Shown here one piece after another: positions 34,046-43,495 of a DNA stretch of 64,000 nucleotides. The notes below the pieces were generated by a model. It ran no database searches, had not been told where the DNA came from, and saw only the letters and a program-made list of their open reading frames with translations. Numbering within the stretch: the stretch's first letter is position 1; each line of letters starts with the position of its first letter. Both the position numbers and the translations under genes were made by a program. This stretch comes from a virus (taxonomy: Duplodnaviria; Heunggongvirae; Uroviricota; Caudoviricetes), in the IMG/VR virus record IMGVR_UViG_2974564184_000001, positions 64,977 through 128,976 of that record. One strand, given 5' to 3'.

Positions 34046-35130
34046 TCGATCTCCGGTAAGGTTCCTGACAACAGCGCCTCGACCGCTCTGATCGCGTCCG
34101 CTGTACGCTCTGTGAAGTCGCTGCCGCTAATCTTCACAACATGGACACGATTATAGGAGTGCTTGATCATCCTGTCAAGGATAAAGTTGGTCTCTTCGCG
34201 TTTTTCTGCTGTGTCCTGCAAACGGAGTGGATCAGCTACCCACGGCACATCCGGCTGGAGGTACAGAACCAAATCATAGAAGTTGTCGCCCTCTTCTTTG
34301 CTCAACGCTTCGAAGGTCGGGTCAATGACACCAATCTTTCCAGCACAGATAGCAGAGAACTGGGTGATCAAGTTCGTGGTGTCCGAGAAGGTAACGCCCA
34401 CCTCTGACTGTCGCACATGCCACTCTTCCACTTGACGATGATCAAGAGCGATGTTCAGATAGTCTGCTCGGTTCATTAAGAACTCAGAAGAGTGGTAGTC
34501 CTCCTCGCAGATAGTACGACCAATCTCCGATGTGTACCGGGCATTGTAATGCTTTGCCAAGTTAATGGCTAAGGTTGTTTTGCCTGTAGACTCAACACCT
34601 ACGATGGCAACCTTCTTCACAAAACGCTGCTTCGCCGGAGGAGAGAGCATGTTGAAGTTGTTGAACACATCATTACGGATTTTAGTCGCAGAGATCGGCA
34701 CTACATTACGATCAGGGTCAATCACTACGTGCTCACACTCAGGGAAGTGTGCCGAGAAGTAGACATCATACTCTTTCTCAGATGAAAACGCCTTGTGCAG
34801 AACCACACCTTCTGGCAACGCATTACGGATCAGACCTTCATAAGCCTTGGCACCTTCCGGGTAGCCGGGGATGTCGGATTCATCCACATAGAGAACCGTG
34901 ATCTTGTCACGAACATTATCATTGGCATCCCGCACCAGGTCTTTCAGATCCCGGAGGCGGTTGACCAACGAAAGTTTCTCCCTGATCCATACAGGTTGTG
35001 TGTCCACAAACTTCTGGTCGAAGGAGAGAAACAGGTACAGATGATCGCAATGACTAATCGCACGGTCGATCAGTTCAATGTGGCCCAGCGTCAGAGGTGC
35101 GAACTTACCGAAAATTAATCCGTTAATCAT
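34042..35130 (-). CDS. nadR: NadR-type NMN adenylyltransferase / ribosylnicotinamide kinase
   Basis: Likely start MINGL at 35130; GKFAPLTLGH nucleotidyltransferase motif, ISATKIR, P-loop GVESTGKTT, PWVADPLR. Confidence 0.92.
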   Translation of the reverse strand: MINGLIFGKFAPLTLGHIELIDRAISHCDHLYLFLSFDQKFVDTQPVWIREKLSLVNRLRDLKDLVRDANDNVRDKITVLYVDESDIPGYPEGAKAYEGLIRNALPEGVVLHKAFSSEKEYDVYFSAHFPECEHVVIDPDRNVVPISATKIRNDVFNNFNMLSPPAKQRFVKKVAIVGVESTGKTTLAINLAKHYNARYTSEIGRTICEEDYHSSEFLMNRADYLNIALDHRQVEEWHVRQSEVGVTFSDTTNLITQFSAICAGKIGVIDPTFEALSKEEGDNFYDLVLYLQPDVPWVADPLRLQDTAEKREETNFILDRMIKHSYNRVHVVKISGSDFTERTADAIRAVEALLSGTLPEIE

Positions 35131-35318
35131 GAGTGATATCCTTTCACCTGTACTTCGTGACCGCAGCACGGACAGACAACGTACTTCACCAAGTCGCGAC
35201 CACCACCGTAATCATGTGTGGTCTTTTCCTGGATCTCTGTGTACACGAAAGACAGAACTGCTTTGCACTTGTAGCAAGTGGCTTCCATTGGCTTTTGTGG
35301 CGATACGATCTGAACCAT
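35127..35318 (-). CDS. Small zinc-finger protein (63 aa)
   Basis: CYKC...CPCCG; likely start 35318 with SD AGGAG. Confidence 0.65.
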   Translation of the reverse strand: MVQIVSPQKPMEATCYKCKAVLSFVYTEIQEKTTHDYGGGRDLVKYVVCPCCGHEVQVKGYHS

Positions 35319-35340
35319 AGCTTTCTCCTTCTGAGAATAT

Positions 35341-35547
35341 TTAGTTATACTGACGCGACCATTTGGTACGCCCGTCTTTGCAAACGAGTTGATCTTCAAC
35401 CATCAAACCATCGATAGTGTTGACCATTCTTTGGATACCGTTCTTGGTGCAATCATACTTGTACGTGTCAACCGCGTCAAGCACCACTTGCACAACGCAG
35501 AAAACAAAGAACACACCGAAGGCGATATAGAGGAGATTCTTCCTCAT
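35341..35547 (-). CDS. Small membrane-anchored protein
   Basis: N-terminal TM, two Cys. Confidence 0.55.
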   Translation of the reverse strand: MRKNLLYIAFGVFFVFCVVQVVLDAVDTYKYDCTKNGIQRMVNTIDGLMVEDQLVCKDGRTKWSRQYN

Positions 35548-35813
35548 TTATTATCTTCCTGTTCAAGACGGGCAAGACCTGCTTCCGCGATACTCTTTTC
35601 GAGTTTGACCTTGGCAATCTCCACTTCGAAAGCGGCAATCTTGAGGTTAGCGATCGATACATCGTTCTGCAATTCTGCATGACGCATAATGCGAGCTTCA
35701 ACCGCCCTGACTGTATTTTGGGAAGAGTATTCGTCATTCTCGTTATAGAAGGTGTGGTCTGCTCCCTGAGCGGTAGAGCATAAAAGTGCAAGAGCGATAA
35801 TCAATTTTTTCAT
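35544..35813 (-). CDS. Small exported protein
   Basis: Signal peptide MKKLIIALALLCSTAQG-AD; coiled-coil tail. Confidence 0.6.
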   Translation of the reverse strand: MKKLIIALALLCSTAQGADHTFYNENDEYSSQNTVRAVEARIMRHAELQNDVSIANLKIAAFEVEIAKVKLEKSIAEAGLARLEQEDNK

Positions 35814-36139
35814 AGTTTACTCCTCGGTTGTTTGGCCCATTCGATGGCGCTCAAAACGACATCACAATGACATCTCTTTGGTGAACAGAAGCATACCAAA
35901 TCTTTGCCATCGAGGTCAAGCAATAGATTGAAGGTTCCACCTTTTTGTTGCAGCTTCCTCCACAACCACTCACGATACTCCTCGATCACTTCGTCGCGAT
36001 TAGACCCGTCCTTTTTCATTGGAAAAGGATTTGCTAAAGGGTGCCCCGCCAAATTGAATTTCTTCATGGGGCGACCCAAGTAAACAGCCCCCGAAGGGAT
36101 CACCTTCCCGATGTGATAGAAGTTAAGAACCTTAGCCAT
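35810..36139 (-). CDS. DUF4326-like protein (109 aa)
   Basis: VYLGRP...LANPF...YREWL...LDGKDLVCFCSPKRCHCDV; likely start 36139. Confidence 0.75.
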   Translation of the reverse strand: MAKVLNFYHIGKVIPSGAVYLGRPMKKFNLAGHPLANPFPMKKDGSNRDEVIEEYREWLWRKLQQKGGTFNLLLDLDGKDLVCFCSPKRCHCDVVLSAIEWAKQPRSKL

Positions 36140-36704
36140 TCTCTTCCCCGATAGCAATGGAAGCCCGGGGTTCTGCCAAGCCCGTGGCGTAAACGTACTG
36201 TACGCCCTTTGGAGAGGTTCTGTAGCCAAAGGAACCCAACTCCAAGCCTGACTTGGTTAGAACGTCGTATCCTTCTTCTGTGGCGACTATGTGCGTCCAC
36301 ACACCCTCCTCTGCAAAGAAGGATTGCATACACTCAGCCCAAAAGTACGCCCAGTTAATCCCACGAGGTTCCTGTGGGTTGTAGTGGAAGATCTCCAGCT
36401 TCAAAAAGATGTTCAGATGGACATCATCCAAGACAGATTCATCCCGGTAGCACGGTGTCAGAGCCATCATGCTGGGTGGGAGTTCTTCCAACTTACCTTC
36501 CTTCTCCAACTGAAGGAACGACTGCTCTGCGGAAGCAACGTATTGCTTGCCATCCGAATGGGTGAGCCGTTTATCGATAACCCCCGGAGGGCAAGTGAAA
36601 GCCATGATGTCTGGGTCAACCAGATACGGCACTTTAGCAAGGACAACTCCCTCCTCCTCGTAGTGCCTGATGGCCTTTTGAATCAACGATAAGTCAATAT
36701 TCAT
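36132..36704 (-). CDS. Stand-alone class II aminoacyl-tRNA synthetase-like catalytic core (190 aa)
   Basis: Motif 1-like KVPYLV, ASAEQ loop, motif 2-like PCYRDE...FLKLE, motif 3-like ATGLAEPR. Confidence 0.6.
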   Translation of the reverse strand: MNIDLSLIQKAIRHYEEEGVVLAKVPYLVDPDIMAFTCPPGVIDKRLTHSDGKQYVASAEQSFLQLEKEGKLEELPPSMMALTPCYRDESVLDDVHLNIFLKLEIFHYNPQEPRGINWAYFWAECMQSFFAEEGVWTHIVATEEGYDVLTKSGLELGSFGYRTSPKGVQYVYATGLAEPRASIAIGEENG

Positions 36705-36964
36705 TGGCGGTCTCCGTTTTTGAAAGCACGTTTGGTGATATCGGAAAACTTCTTGAGGTCGTGCATCTGCATACCCGGATAATTAGCCTCCAGGTAGCCC
36801 TCCAACGCCCCGTAAAGGTCTGCAAGCTCTACCAGTACCATAATCTTACTGCCCTGCTCGTGGGCATCATTCAGCTCGTCCAGTTCTTCTTGAATCTTAC
36901 CTGCCGATCCGTACAGACGCTTTTTGATTTCCCTTCTATGATATCCAGCCATAAAATCCTCCAT
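36701..36964 (-). CDS. MazG-like all-alpha NTP pyrophosphohydrolase (87 aa)
   Basis: KIQEELDEL.DA...VELADLYGA. Confidence 0.65.
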   Translation of the reverse strand: MEDFMAGYHRREIKKRLYGSAGKIQEELDELNDAHEQGSKIMVLVELADLYGALEGYLEANYPGMQMHDLKKFSDITKRAFKNGDRQ

Positions 36965-36969
36965 ACAAG

Positions 36970-36989
36970 AAAAGCCCCTCGCGGGGCTT
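36970..36989 (-). terminator. Rho-independent terminator
   Basis: AAGCCCC-stem hairpin with T-run on minus strand. Confidence 0.7.
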
Positions 36990-37007
36990 AGATTAACTGG
37001 TTACCTG

Positions 37008-37412
37008 TTACAGAGCTTCCAGTTCTTTCAGAATATCTGCACGAGACAGCTTCTGATCTTCGGCTGCGTCTTGCGCTGCCAGCAGTTCCAGCAGTTTCTG
37101 CTTACGCTCTTGGCGTTGTTTCAGACTCTGACGCTCTGCGATCTCATCCTTACGGATTGCGATGATGTATTTCAGCACTTCCAGTTTCAGAGTTGCTTTC
37201 GTGTTTTGCGCTGTGGTATTCGCTACGAAGCTCTCTTCTTCTGATGCCTTCACATCACGATTAGCCAGCTTGGATACGGTATCCAGAGACACAGCACCAG
37301 TCAGTGGCAGATCCCACAGGTCTTCTACGGTCAACAGGCCGCGAGGGGATTCGAAGCGGAACTTCTGACGGGTTGCTACTTCGAACAGTTCAGGTGCGGT
37401 AGTGATAGCCAT
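37008..37412 (-). CDS. Conserved phage hypothetical protein (134 aa)
   Basis: LFEVATRQKFRF...GLLTVEDLWDLPL motif, coiled-coil tail. Confidence 0.75.
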   Translation of the reverse strand: MAITTAPELFEVATRQKFRFESPRGLLTVEDLWDLPLTGAVSLDTVSKLANRDVKASEEESFVANTTAQNTKATLKLEVLKYIIAIRKDEIAERQSLKQRQERKQKLLELLAAQDAAEDQKLSRADILKELEAL

Positions 37413-37430
37413 TGTTTTGTTTCTCCTCTT

Positions 37431-37643
37431 TTAGTTTTTAAGTAAGCTACGTTCTTCGAGAATCGCAGCCAATTGCCATTCTTCTGCCCGGTAAGTCCAA
37501 CAGTGCAACATCTTCTTCGCAGTGATGTATGCACAACCAAACTCCTTGCACACCCTGTGGTAGGGATTTTCTGGAGGAGCGAACCCCTCCAGACATGCAA
37601 CAAGTCTATCAGTTACCGGGGTCGGTTGCAACCCCGTTTTCAT
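37431..37643 (-). CDS. Hypothetical protein (70 aa)
   Basis: ORF coupled to upstream gene. Confidence 0.5.
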   Translation of the reverse strand: MKTGLQPTPVTDRLVACLEGFAPPENPYHRVCKEFGCAYITAKKMLHCWTYRAEEWQLAAILEERSLLKN

Positions 37644-39685
37644 CAGAATTTGATCTTTAAGGTGCGGTTGAAGGAACCGGACACTTTAACCACCGCTTCG
37701 TTACGCTTGGTAACCGAGAAGCCCAGGCCGCTCAACTGATCTTCGGTGAAGTCAGCTTTCAGCTTACCAGCCAGCATCTCGAAGACCTTACGGTGCTCGT
37801 GAAGCTCTTCACGCAGGTATTCGTTGTAGAAACCACGAGTGGACTCAGGGTTCTTACAGCCTTCCAGCATGAAGAAGAAGTGCTGGTTACCGATTGTCTG
37901 GTCATCCCAGAAGTTCGGTGAGTTCAGGACTAATGCAACCTTCTGGAAGGTCTCAGTCTTGATACCCCAGGCATCTTGGCTGCTCTTAGTATGACCGATG
38001 CTCGAAAGGATTTCAACACCCTTGGCACGACTGTATTTGAAGCGAGCCACCTCTACGTTCTTACTGTTGCCCAGCGCTTGTGGATGACCGAAGCTGAACA
38101 CCTGACCCTTGAACTCCATTTGGATATCGAAGCCCACACGGTCAGACATACGCTTGTTGTAGTTGTTCACCACAATACGGTATTCACCCTCAGTGATTTC
38201 ACTTTCACGCGCCCAAGTCACGTTCTCAACCGGGTTGTGTGCATCGGACTTGCCATAGGCGTTCATATCCAGATCCAACGTACCCTTAGAGTGACCAACT
38301 TTGTTACCGTGGTAAATCTTACCGCCAGTTGGTTCGTAAATCCACAGGTCGAGGTCGTCAGAGTTGAACCATGACAGAGACACACGCAAATCACCTGTTA
38401 CACTGCCACCAGCGGCTTTGACACGCTCTTTGATAGAGTCAGTCACTTCACCGTTGTACGACCAAGAGAAGCCGTTATCCCACTTGAACAGGTTAGGCGC
38501 ACCTTCGTTTGCCGGAGCAACGAGGCTTACCAGGTTAGGCTGTAAGCGGTTCTCAACCAGCAGTTCCAAGCTATCAGCTTTCGGCAGGACATTCTTGATG
38601 AAGTCAGCAATGCTGATCTCTTCAATCTTATCCAACTTTTTCGGTGCTGTCTTGGTATCGGCAGTCAACTGGTCGAACACGTTCATCTGTGCTTTTGCAG
38701 TGCGATCCGCAAACAGTACGTTGTTGATCGTCAGGTCAGAGGTCACCGCAAAGCGACGAGCCAACGAGTCCTGCAAGCCCAGCGCCACAACCTTCTCCTG
38801 TGCAGACTTAACCATCGCAGGAGTGATCAACGCTGTGGTGCGTTTGTAGTTGGTGCTGTCAACCTTGCTTTCGAAGCTGGCAACCGCCGCTTCCAGATCC
38901 TTACCTTCTGACAGGTCACCCAGCAGAGTACCGATTACATCACCACGGAAGCGGCCCTTCTCGCCCAGCTTCTCGCTCTCTTTCCAGCAGAACAGTTCGC
39001 GCTGATCAACCGGGGTTTTCTCATAAGCGCGTTTCGCTTTCAGGAACGCTTCGACGATATGCTTCTTCTCTGCACCTTTGTACAGGGAGTCCTGAGCAAT
39101 CAGATCCAGGATGGTATCCGCTGCATCGACAGTGAAGTCTTTCAGGGAACGAGACAGCATCTCGTAGTTGGTACGCAGCTCACCACGCAGAGCTGGGATC
39201 TGTGAACCATCTTTAACCACCGCCGCTGGCAGTTTAACGTGGAAGTGACGCCAGGTTTTGGTTTTACCAGTTTCCTGATCCAGTTCCAGGTTACTTTCCA
39301 GACCGCAGTTTGGATCGAAGTGGAAGAAGCGATCTTTGATTGCTGCACCCTGAACCATTTCTTTCATGGCATCAGCGACCACTTGGTAATAACCACCGAT
39401 CTGAACATCCCACACAGAGACCAGTTTGCCGTTGTGGATTGCCACTACGCGACCCGCAGAGCGGATGAAGCTCTTATCGTGGCTACCATCGTATTCCAGA
39501 CGGGTACGATAAACTTGGTTGGTGCCTTCTGGGTATGAATCCAGATAGAACTGATACAGGTCATCTTTCGACAGGTCAACGGTGTACAGTTCACCCAGAG
39601 TTTTCAGCACTTCAAACTGTGCTTTGATCGCGTCACGGAACTGAGTGAAGGTTGGGTTCTGTGGGTATTGTGCAGTTGCAGTCAT
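37643..39685 (-). CDS. Large conserved phage protein with C-terminal YfaP/DUF2135-like domain (680 aa)
   Basis: VSLSWFNSDDLDLW...GTLDLDMN...PVENVTW...GEYRIVVNNY. Confidence 0.75.
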   Translation of the reverse strand: MTATAQYPQNPTFTQFRDAIKAQFEVLKTLGELYTVDLSKDDLYQFYLDSYPEGTNQVYRTRLEYDGSHDKSFIRSAGRVVAIHNGKLVSVWDVQIGGYYQVVADAMKEMVQGAAIKDRFFHFDPNCGLESNLELDQETGKTKTWRHFHVKLPAAVVKDGSQIPALRGELRTNYEMLSRSLKDFTVDAADTILDLIAQDSLYKGAEKKHIVEAFLKAKRAYEKTPVDQRELFCWKESEKLGEKGRFRGDVIGTLLGDLSEGKDLEAAVASFESKVDSTNYKRTTALITPAMVKSAQEKVVALGLQDSLARRFAVTSDLTINNVLFADRTAKAQMNVFDQLTADTKTAPKKLDKIEEISIADFIKNVLPKADSLELLVENRLQPNLVSLVAPANEGAPNLFKWDNGFSWSYNGEVTDSIKERVKAAGGSVTGDLRVSLSWFNSDDLDLWIYEPTGGKIYHGNKVGHSKGTLDLDMNAYGKSDAHNPVENVTWARESEITEGEYRIVVNNYNKRMSDRVGFDIQMEFKGQVFSFGHPQALGNSKNVEVARFKYSRAKGVEILSSIGHTKSSQDAWGIKTETFQKVALVLNSPNFWDDQTIGNQHFFFMLEGCKNPESTRGFYNEYLREELHEHRKVFEMLAGKLKADFTEDQLSGLGFSVTKRNEAVVKVSGSFNRTLKIKF

Positions 39686-39726
39686 TTGGTTCTCCTATAT
39701 GGATTATTTTATTAAGTCAGTTTGAC

Positions 39727-39843
39727 TTACGAGTAAAAACGAGTACGAGCACGTTTTCCATCACCACCCTTGTTGTCGTTGGCGGCACCGCCAATCAGAG
39801 CAAACAAGTTCAAGATGAGTAGTGCGTTGTTCATGTAGAGCAT
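39727..39843 (-). CDS. Small protein (38 aa), not in ORF track
   Basis: SD AAAAGGAGA; MLYMNNALLILNLFALIGGAANDNKGGDGKRARTRFYS*. Confidence 0.6.
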   Translation of the reverse strand: MLYMNNALLILNLFALIGGAANDNKGGDGKRARTRFYS

Positions 39844-39866
39844 TATGTTCTCCTTTTACCTTCTCG

Positions 39867-40154
39867 TCAATCTTTATTTTGATTATTTTCAGTAAAGATT
39901 TTCGAGGCTAATGAATCAGACAGGTAATGCACCAAGTAGCAAACTGTCTTCGCACCCTGTCGGGAAATACCCAGCAGGTCAGCATACATCTGGTGAGGAT
40001 CTGCGTTCTTACACACACGCTCATTCAGATAAACATCACCCCAGAAGAAGAGAGCATTCTGTCTTACCGTATCGTCCATCAGGTCAATACCGTAGTTACT
40101 CTTAACTTCTTCCGATGTGGTGATAATACTTTGCTTTATCGCTTCGTTCAACAC
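39867..40154 (-). CDS. Hypothetical protein (95 aa)
   Basis: ORF with SD; ADLLGISRQGAK suggests a helix-turn-helix-like segment. Confidence 0.55.
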   Translation of the reverse strand: MLNEAIKQSIITTSEEVKSNYGIDLMDDTVRQNALFFWGDVYLNERVCKNADPHQMYADLLGISRQGAKTVCYLVHYLSDSLASKIFTENNQNKD

Positions 40155-40164
40155 ATTTCTTTCC

Positions 40165-40554
40165 TTATTTTACCCAGAGTTGATATCCGGTTGGATAGGA
40201 GCTTTGAATCTTCACAGTACGTGCCTTAACACCGCTCGGGCGCGTCAGGTTGTGGCGAGGATTCTCTTTCAGGTCATGCCGTTGAGACATTTCAACCGTA
40301 CCGTTAAGCGGGTTGATATGCAGCAAACCAACGTAATCGTCGTCAAACTGGCGGCACTCTGCTTTCACACCAACAGACACTCCGTAAAGATCACCGTTGA
40401 AGATGAAGTTTTGACGACGGTCGCCAGTATTGCGCTTCAACGCATTCAGGGCGAGAACCTGTTTGAACAGGTGTTTGGCAGCGTTGTTGCTGCCTGATCT
40501 TTTCTGCAAGGTAACGAAGTCACCGTAACCAGTTAGTGTTTTACTCATTTTCAC
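40165..40554 (-). CDS. Hypothetical protein (~127 aa)
   Basis: ORF; likely start MSKTL at 40548. Confidence 0.6.
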   Translation of the reverse strand: MKMSKTLTGYGDFVTLQKRSGSNNAAKHLFKQVLALNALKRNTGDRRQNFIFNGDLYGVSVGVKAECRQFDDDYVGLLHINPLNGTVEMSQRHDLKENPRHNLTRPSGVKARTVKIQSSYPTGYQLWVK

Positions 40555-40702
40555 TCCTCAGTTTTCTCAGGTCAAGGATGAGCTGCTGTAAAGAGTAGTT
40601 CTTCGCAACCCATGTCATATTTTTACCCACTCTTTCAGGGTCACCAAGATGGTACAGAATGTCATCCAGGTTGTCAAACTCTTCTTTATCACGATGCCGC
40701 AC
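40541..40702 (-). CDS. Small protein (53 aa, GTG start), not in ORF track
   Basis: SD GGAGG; VRHRDKEEFDNLDDILYHLGDPERV...RSENE*. Confidence 0.55.
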   Translation of the reverse strand: MRHRDKEEFDNLDDILYHLGDPERVGKNMTWVAKNYSLQQLILDLRKLRSENE

Positions 40703-40716
40703 TATTTCCTCCAAAC

Positions 40717-40738
40717 AAAAAATGCCCCGAAGGGCATT
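40717..40738 (-). terminator. Rho-independent terminator after DNA polymerase
   Basis: AATGCCC-TTCG-GGGCATT plus T-run on minus strand. Confidence 0.8.
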
Positions 40739-40741
40739 CTG

Positions 40742-43441
40742 TTAGTGACACTCAGCCCAGTTGTTCCCGGTCAGGTATGCTCCGGTGATGTGAACAGGTG
40801 ATCCCATCATCTTCGCTGCCTTCTCCACACAACTTACCACCATTGCACCGACAGGGCAATACTGAATTTGAATCTTTCCATTCTCATTCAGAATCGGTAC
40901 AAATTGACCCTTGATCTTATTACCTTCCAGATCTTTCAGGGCTTCCTTGTAGTCGTGTCCATCGAGAACAACCCCCTTAGTCTTGCAGTCCGCTACGAAA
41001 GCGTCTGCTTCTTCCAAGGTATTGAACTCCCACTTCTTGAGGTACTTCTTAGGCACCTGCAACTGATATTCATCGTGGTAATAGATGATGCGACGAACGT
41101 CATCTTCATACCATCCACGCTTAATCAGTTCCCAATGCAGAAGGATACCAACCAGGTCGAACAGTGAGGCACCGCCGTTCTGCTGGTAAGCGTTCAGCAG
41201 GGAGTGCTTAGATCGGCACCAGATCTTACGACCATCGATCCCCGGGATGAAGCGTTTTCCGGTTGCCTCGTAGAAGTTTTCCAACCACTCCTTACGACCT
41301 TTCAACCCGAAGTTGCTATCCCAGAATGCGTTGATTACGTCCTGTGCTTTGTCCATCGAGATGTCCAGCATTGACGCGATCTTCGCTGCCTGAGCACCGT
41401 ACATGATGCCGTAAGTCACACCCTTACCGCCGTTACGGGTTACTTCTTTACCCGCTGCTTTGGTGTAGGCTTCTGCGTTTCGTGCGTGAGCGTCACCGCT
41501 CTCCATAATTCGCAGGTATTCCCCGTTATCGAACTGGTATGCACCCCACGCTGCAACCATGCCTTCGAGGTTTGAGCCGTCAATACCAACTTGGTAGTAT
41601 TTTTCAGTATCAACACCCCACAATCCACGCATCTCTTTACCGAGGAGAACCTTCGGATCAGGTTTTGGCATGTTCGCACACACTGTGTGCTTACAGCGCC
41701 CGGTGTTGGTGATTCCTGAGAATCGGGCCGGGAGCTTACCATCAACCAACAGACGTGGGTGGTTGAGAAGGCCCGTATCATTTTTGTCCTCGTCGATAGG
41801 ATCAAGAACAGAACGACGGTTACGGTACGAAAGCCACTTAACGATCTGCTTCGCCAGGTGAACATCGATCTTCTCAAGGTTCGGGCAGAGCTTACCGAAG
41901 TTGTCCTTCAACTGCGGTGAAGTAGGAAGTTGACGCGCCTTACGCATGAACTTCTTGAACACCTCTTCCTCAGTTTTGAAGTTGTCACGACGAGAATCGA
42001 ACTTACGAATCCCAATCTTAAACTTCTCATCTGTCTGGTTGATATAGTCGATGATCAGGTTCTTATACTCTGACACATCCAACTCTTCCAGGTATTTCGT
42101 CACCAGTTCTTTGATCTCTGCTTCGGAGCGAGACTTCTTGAACTGATCCTTAGTCACATCCTTGACACGCCACAGTGTTGGCTTCCAGTTAGCATCCCGG
42201 ATCAGGTACTTTTTGATGTCATCTTGGTTCGAGATTTTCATCGGAACCATAATGTCAGGCATTGTCTGAGCACGAAGATCAGCTTTAGCCTTTGCCATCA
42301 AGTCAGGAGGCAGCGCTTCAAGGTTTTGTTCCAACAGTCGCTGAGAGCGGATGAAGTCCGCAAACGCTTCTGGATTTTCCACACCGTGCTTCTTGCAGTA
42401 GTTCTCCCCGGCAGCACTCACTGTGCCATCAGCCTTGAATGCTGTCTTCGGAGGAGCCTTGTACTCCAATGCTTCTCGGTTTACCGGATAGCCTAACTTG
42501 TATTCAAGCCAGTTCCAACCGTGATGCGAGATGTTGCCTGCGCCGTCGAAAGGAGAAGCCGGAAACTTCGGTTGTTGAGACTTTGACATCTCTTTCAACG
42601 GGAGTTGTGGCTCAACTTCGTTCTCAATCTCCAACATCTTTTCGTCGATGTGGACAGTCAGCGCCCTTCCGCTCGCTGCATCAAAGTGAACACCTTGGCG
42701 CTCTTGTTCGATCATCAAGTAGTCGGTCAGCATACGACGACGCAATGCGAGTTTCCAATTGATCTGCTTCATGCCTGATGGTTTATCAGTGAACATGAAA
42801 GAGATATCCTCGGGCCAACGCTTTCCGCTGGCTTCCTTCATCAACTCAGACCATACGGCTTCGTTGATTAATACGTCTTCCCACACACGATGGACGTACT
42901 CCCACAAGGGTTGATTACGCCAGTCGTCGATCTGCACCTTCTTGTTGGCTACGCGATAGCCCCACGCCTGTAGACCATGAGGGCCGACCTTCTGGCGCTT
43001 ACCCGTCACCGGGTTAGGTACGCTATCGGGACAACCTGGTGGTAACAGACGGTCAGGGAACAATACACGGCTCATTGACAGGGTATCATACAGGTCAACC
43101 TGCACACCGTTGATTGAACCACGGCAACCCTTATCTTTGAACATGTCGTAGTCAATGCCCGAGAGCTTTTTCCACAACGGGTGATCGTAACCGAACGAGT
43201 TATGACACGCAAGACCTTTACAAGTCTTGAGGAACTCTTCCAACTCTTCGTATGGACGAATGGTCAGATTAACACCTTGATTGTTGGCAAAATTCACAGC
43301 ACTTTCGTACTCTTCATGCGCCGGGTCAAGGAACAGGTTCCAGTTATTCACACCGTACTCTTTCAGCAGGGTGCAGTGGTATTTCGTTACCTCGTCTAAC
43401 AGTCCGTCAGCTTCGGTATCGTGGATAAACAAGCCTTTCAT
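40742..43441 (-). CDS. Family A DNA polymerase with 3'-5' exonuclease (899 aa)
   Basis: Exo I HDTEADG, Exo II HNSFGYD, motif A IDGSNLE, motif B RNGGKGVTYGIMYG, motif C YHDEYQ. Confidence 0.95.
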   Translation of the reverse strand: MKGLFIHDTEADGLLDEVTKYHCTLLKEYGVNNWNLFLDPAHEEYESAVNFANNQGVNLTIRPYEELEEFLKTCKGLACHNSFGYDHPLWKKLSGIDYDMFKDKGCRGSINGVQVDLYDTLSMSRVLFPDRLLPPGCPDSVPNPVTGKRQKVGPHGLQAWGYRVANKKVQIDDWRNQPLWEYVHRVWEDVLINEAVWSELMKEASGKRWPEDISFMFTDKPSGMKQINWKLALRRRMLTDYLMIEQERQGVHFDAASGRALTVHIDEKMLEIENEVEPQLPLKEMSKSQQPKFPASPFDGAGNISHHGWNWLEYKLGYPVNREALEYKAPPKTAFKADGTVSAAGENYCKKHGVENPEAFADFIRSQRLLEQNLEALPPDLMAKAKADLRAQTMPDIMVPMKISNQDDIKKYLIRDANWKPTLWRVKDVTKDQFKKSRSEAEIKELVTKYLEELDVSEYKNLIIDYINQTDEKFKIGIRKFDSRRDNFKTEEEVFKKFMRKARQLPTSPQLKDNFGKLCPNLEKIDVHLAKQIVKWLSYRNRRSVLDPIDEDKNDTGLLNHPRLLVDGKLPARFSGITNTGRCKHTVCANMPKPDPKVLLGKEMRGLWGVDTEKYYQVGIDGSNLEGMVAAWGAYQFDNGEYLRIMESGDAHARNAEAYTKAAGKEVTRNGGKGVTYGIMYGAQAAKIASMLDISMDKAQDVINAFWDSNFGLKGRKEWLENFYEATGKRFIPGIDGRKIWCRSKHSLLNAYQQNGGASLFDLVGILLHWELIKRGWYEDDVRRIIYYHDEYQLQVPKKYLKKWEFNTLEEADAFVADCKTKGVVLDGHDYKEALKDLEGNKIKGQFVPILNENGKIQIQYCPVGAMVVSCVEKAAKMMGSPVHITGAYLTGNNWAECH

Positions 43442-43495
43442 GTGCCTCCTTTGTGGACGGGTTAAGCTGTATCGCCACCCGTCCGGGATGGTTTA

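Noticed and set aside
2343-40738. Recurring GCCC-TTCG-GGGC hairpins as CRISPR or REP repeats
   Set aside because: Dispersed singly after stop codons with T-runs; ordinary intrinsic terminators
40742-43441. Intron or intein in the DNA polymerase
   Set aside because: Frame is continuous; no intein C1/HN-C/S/T signature or homing endonuclease motif seen
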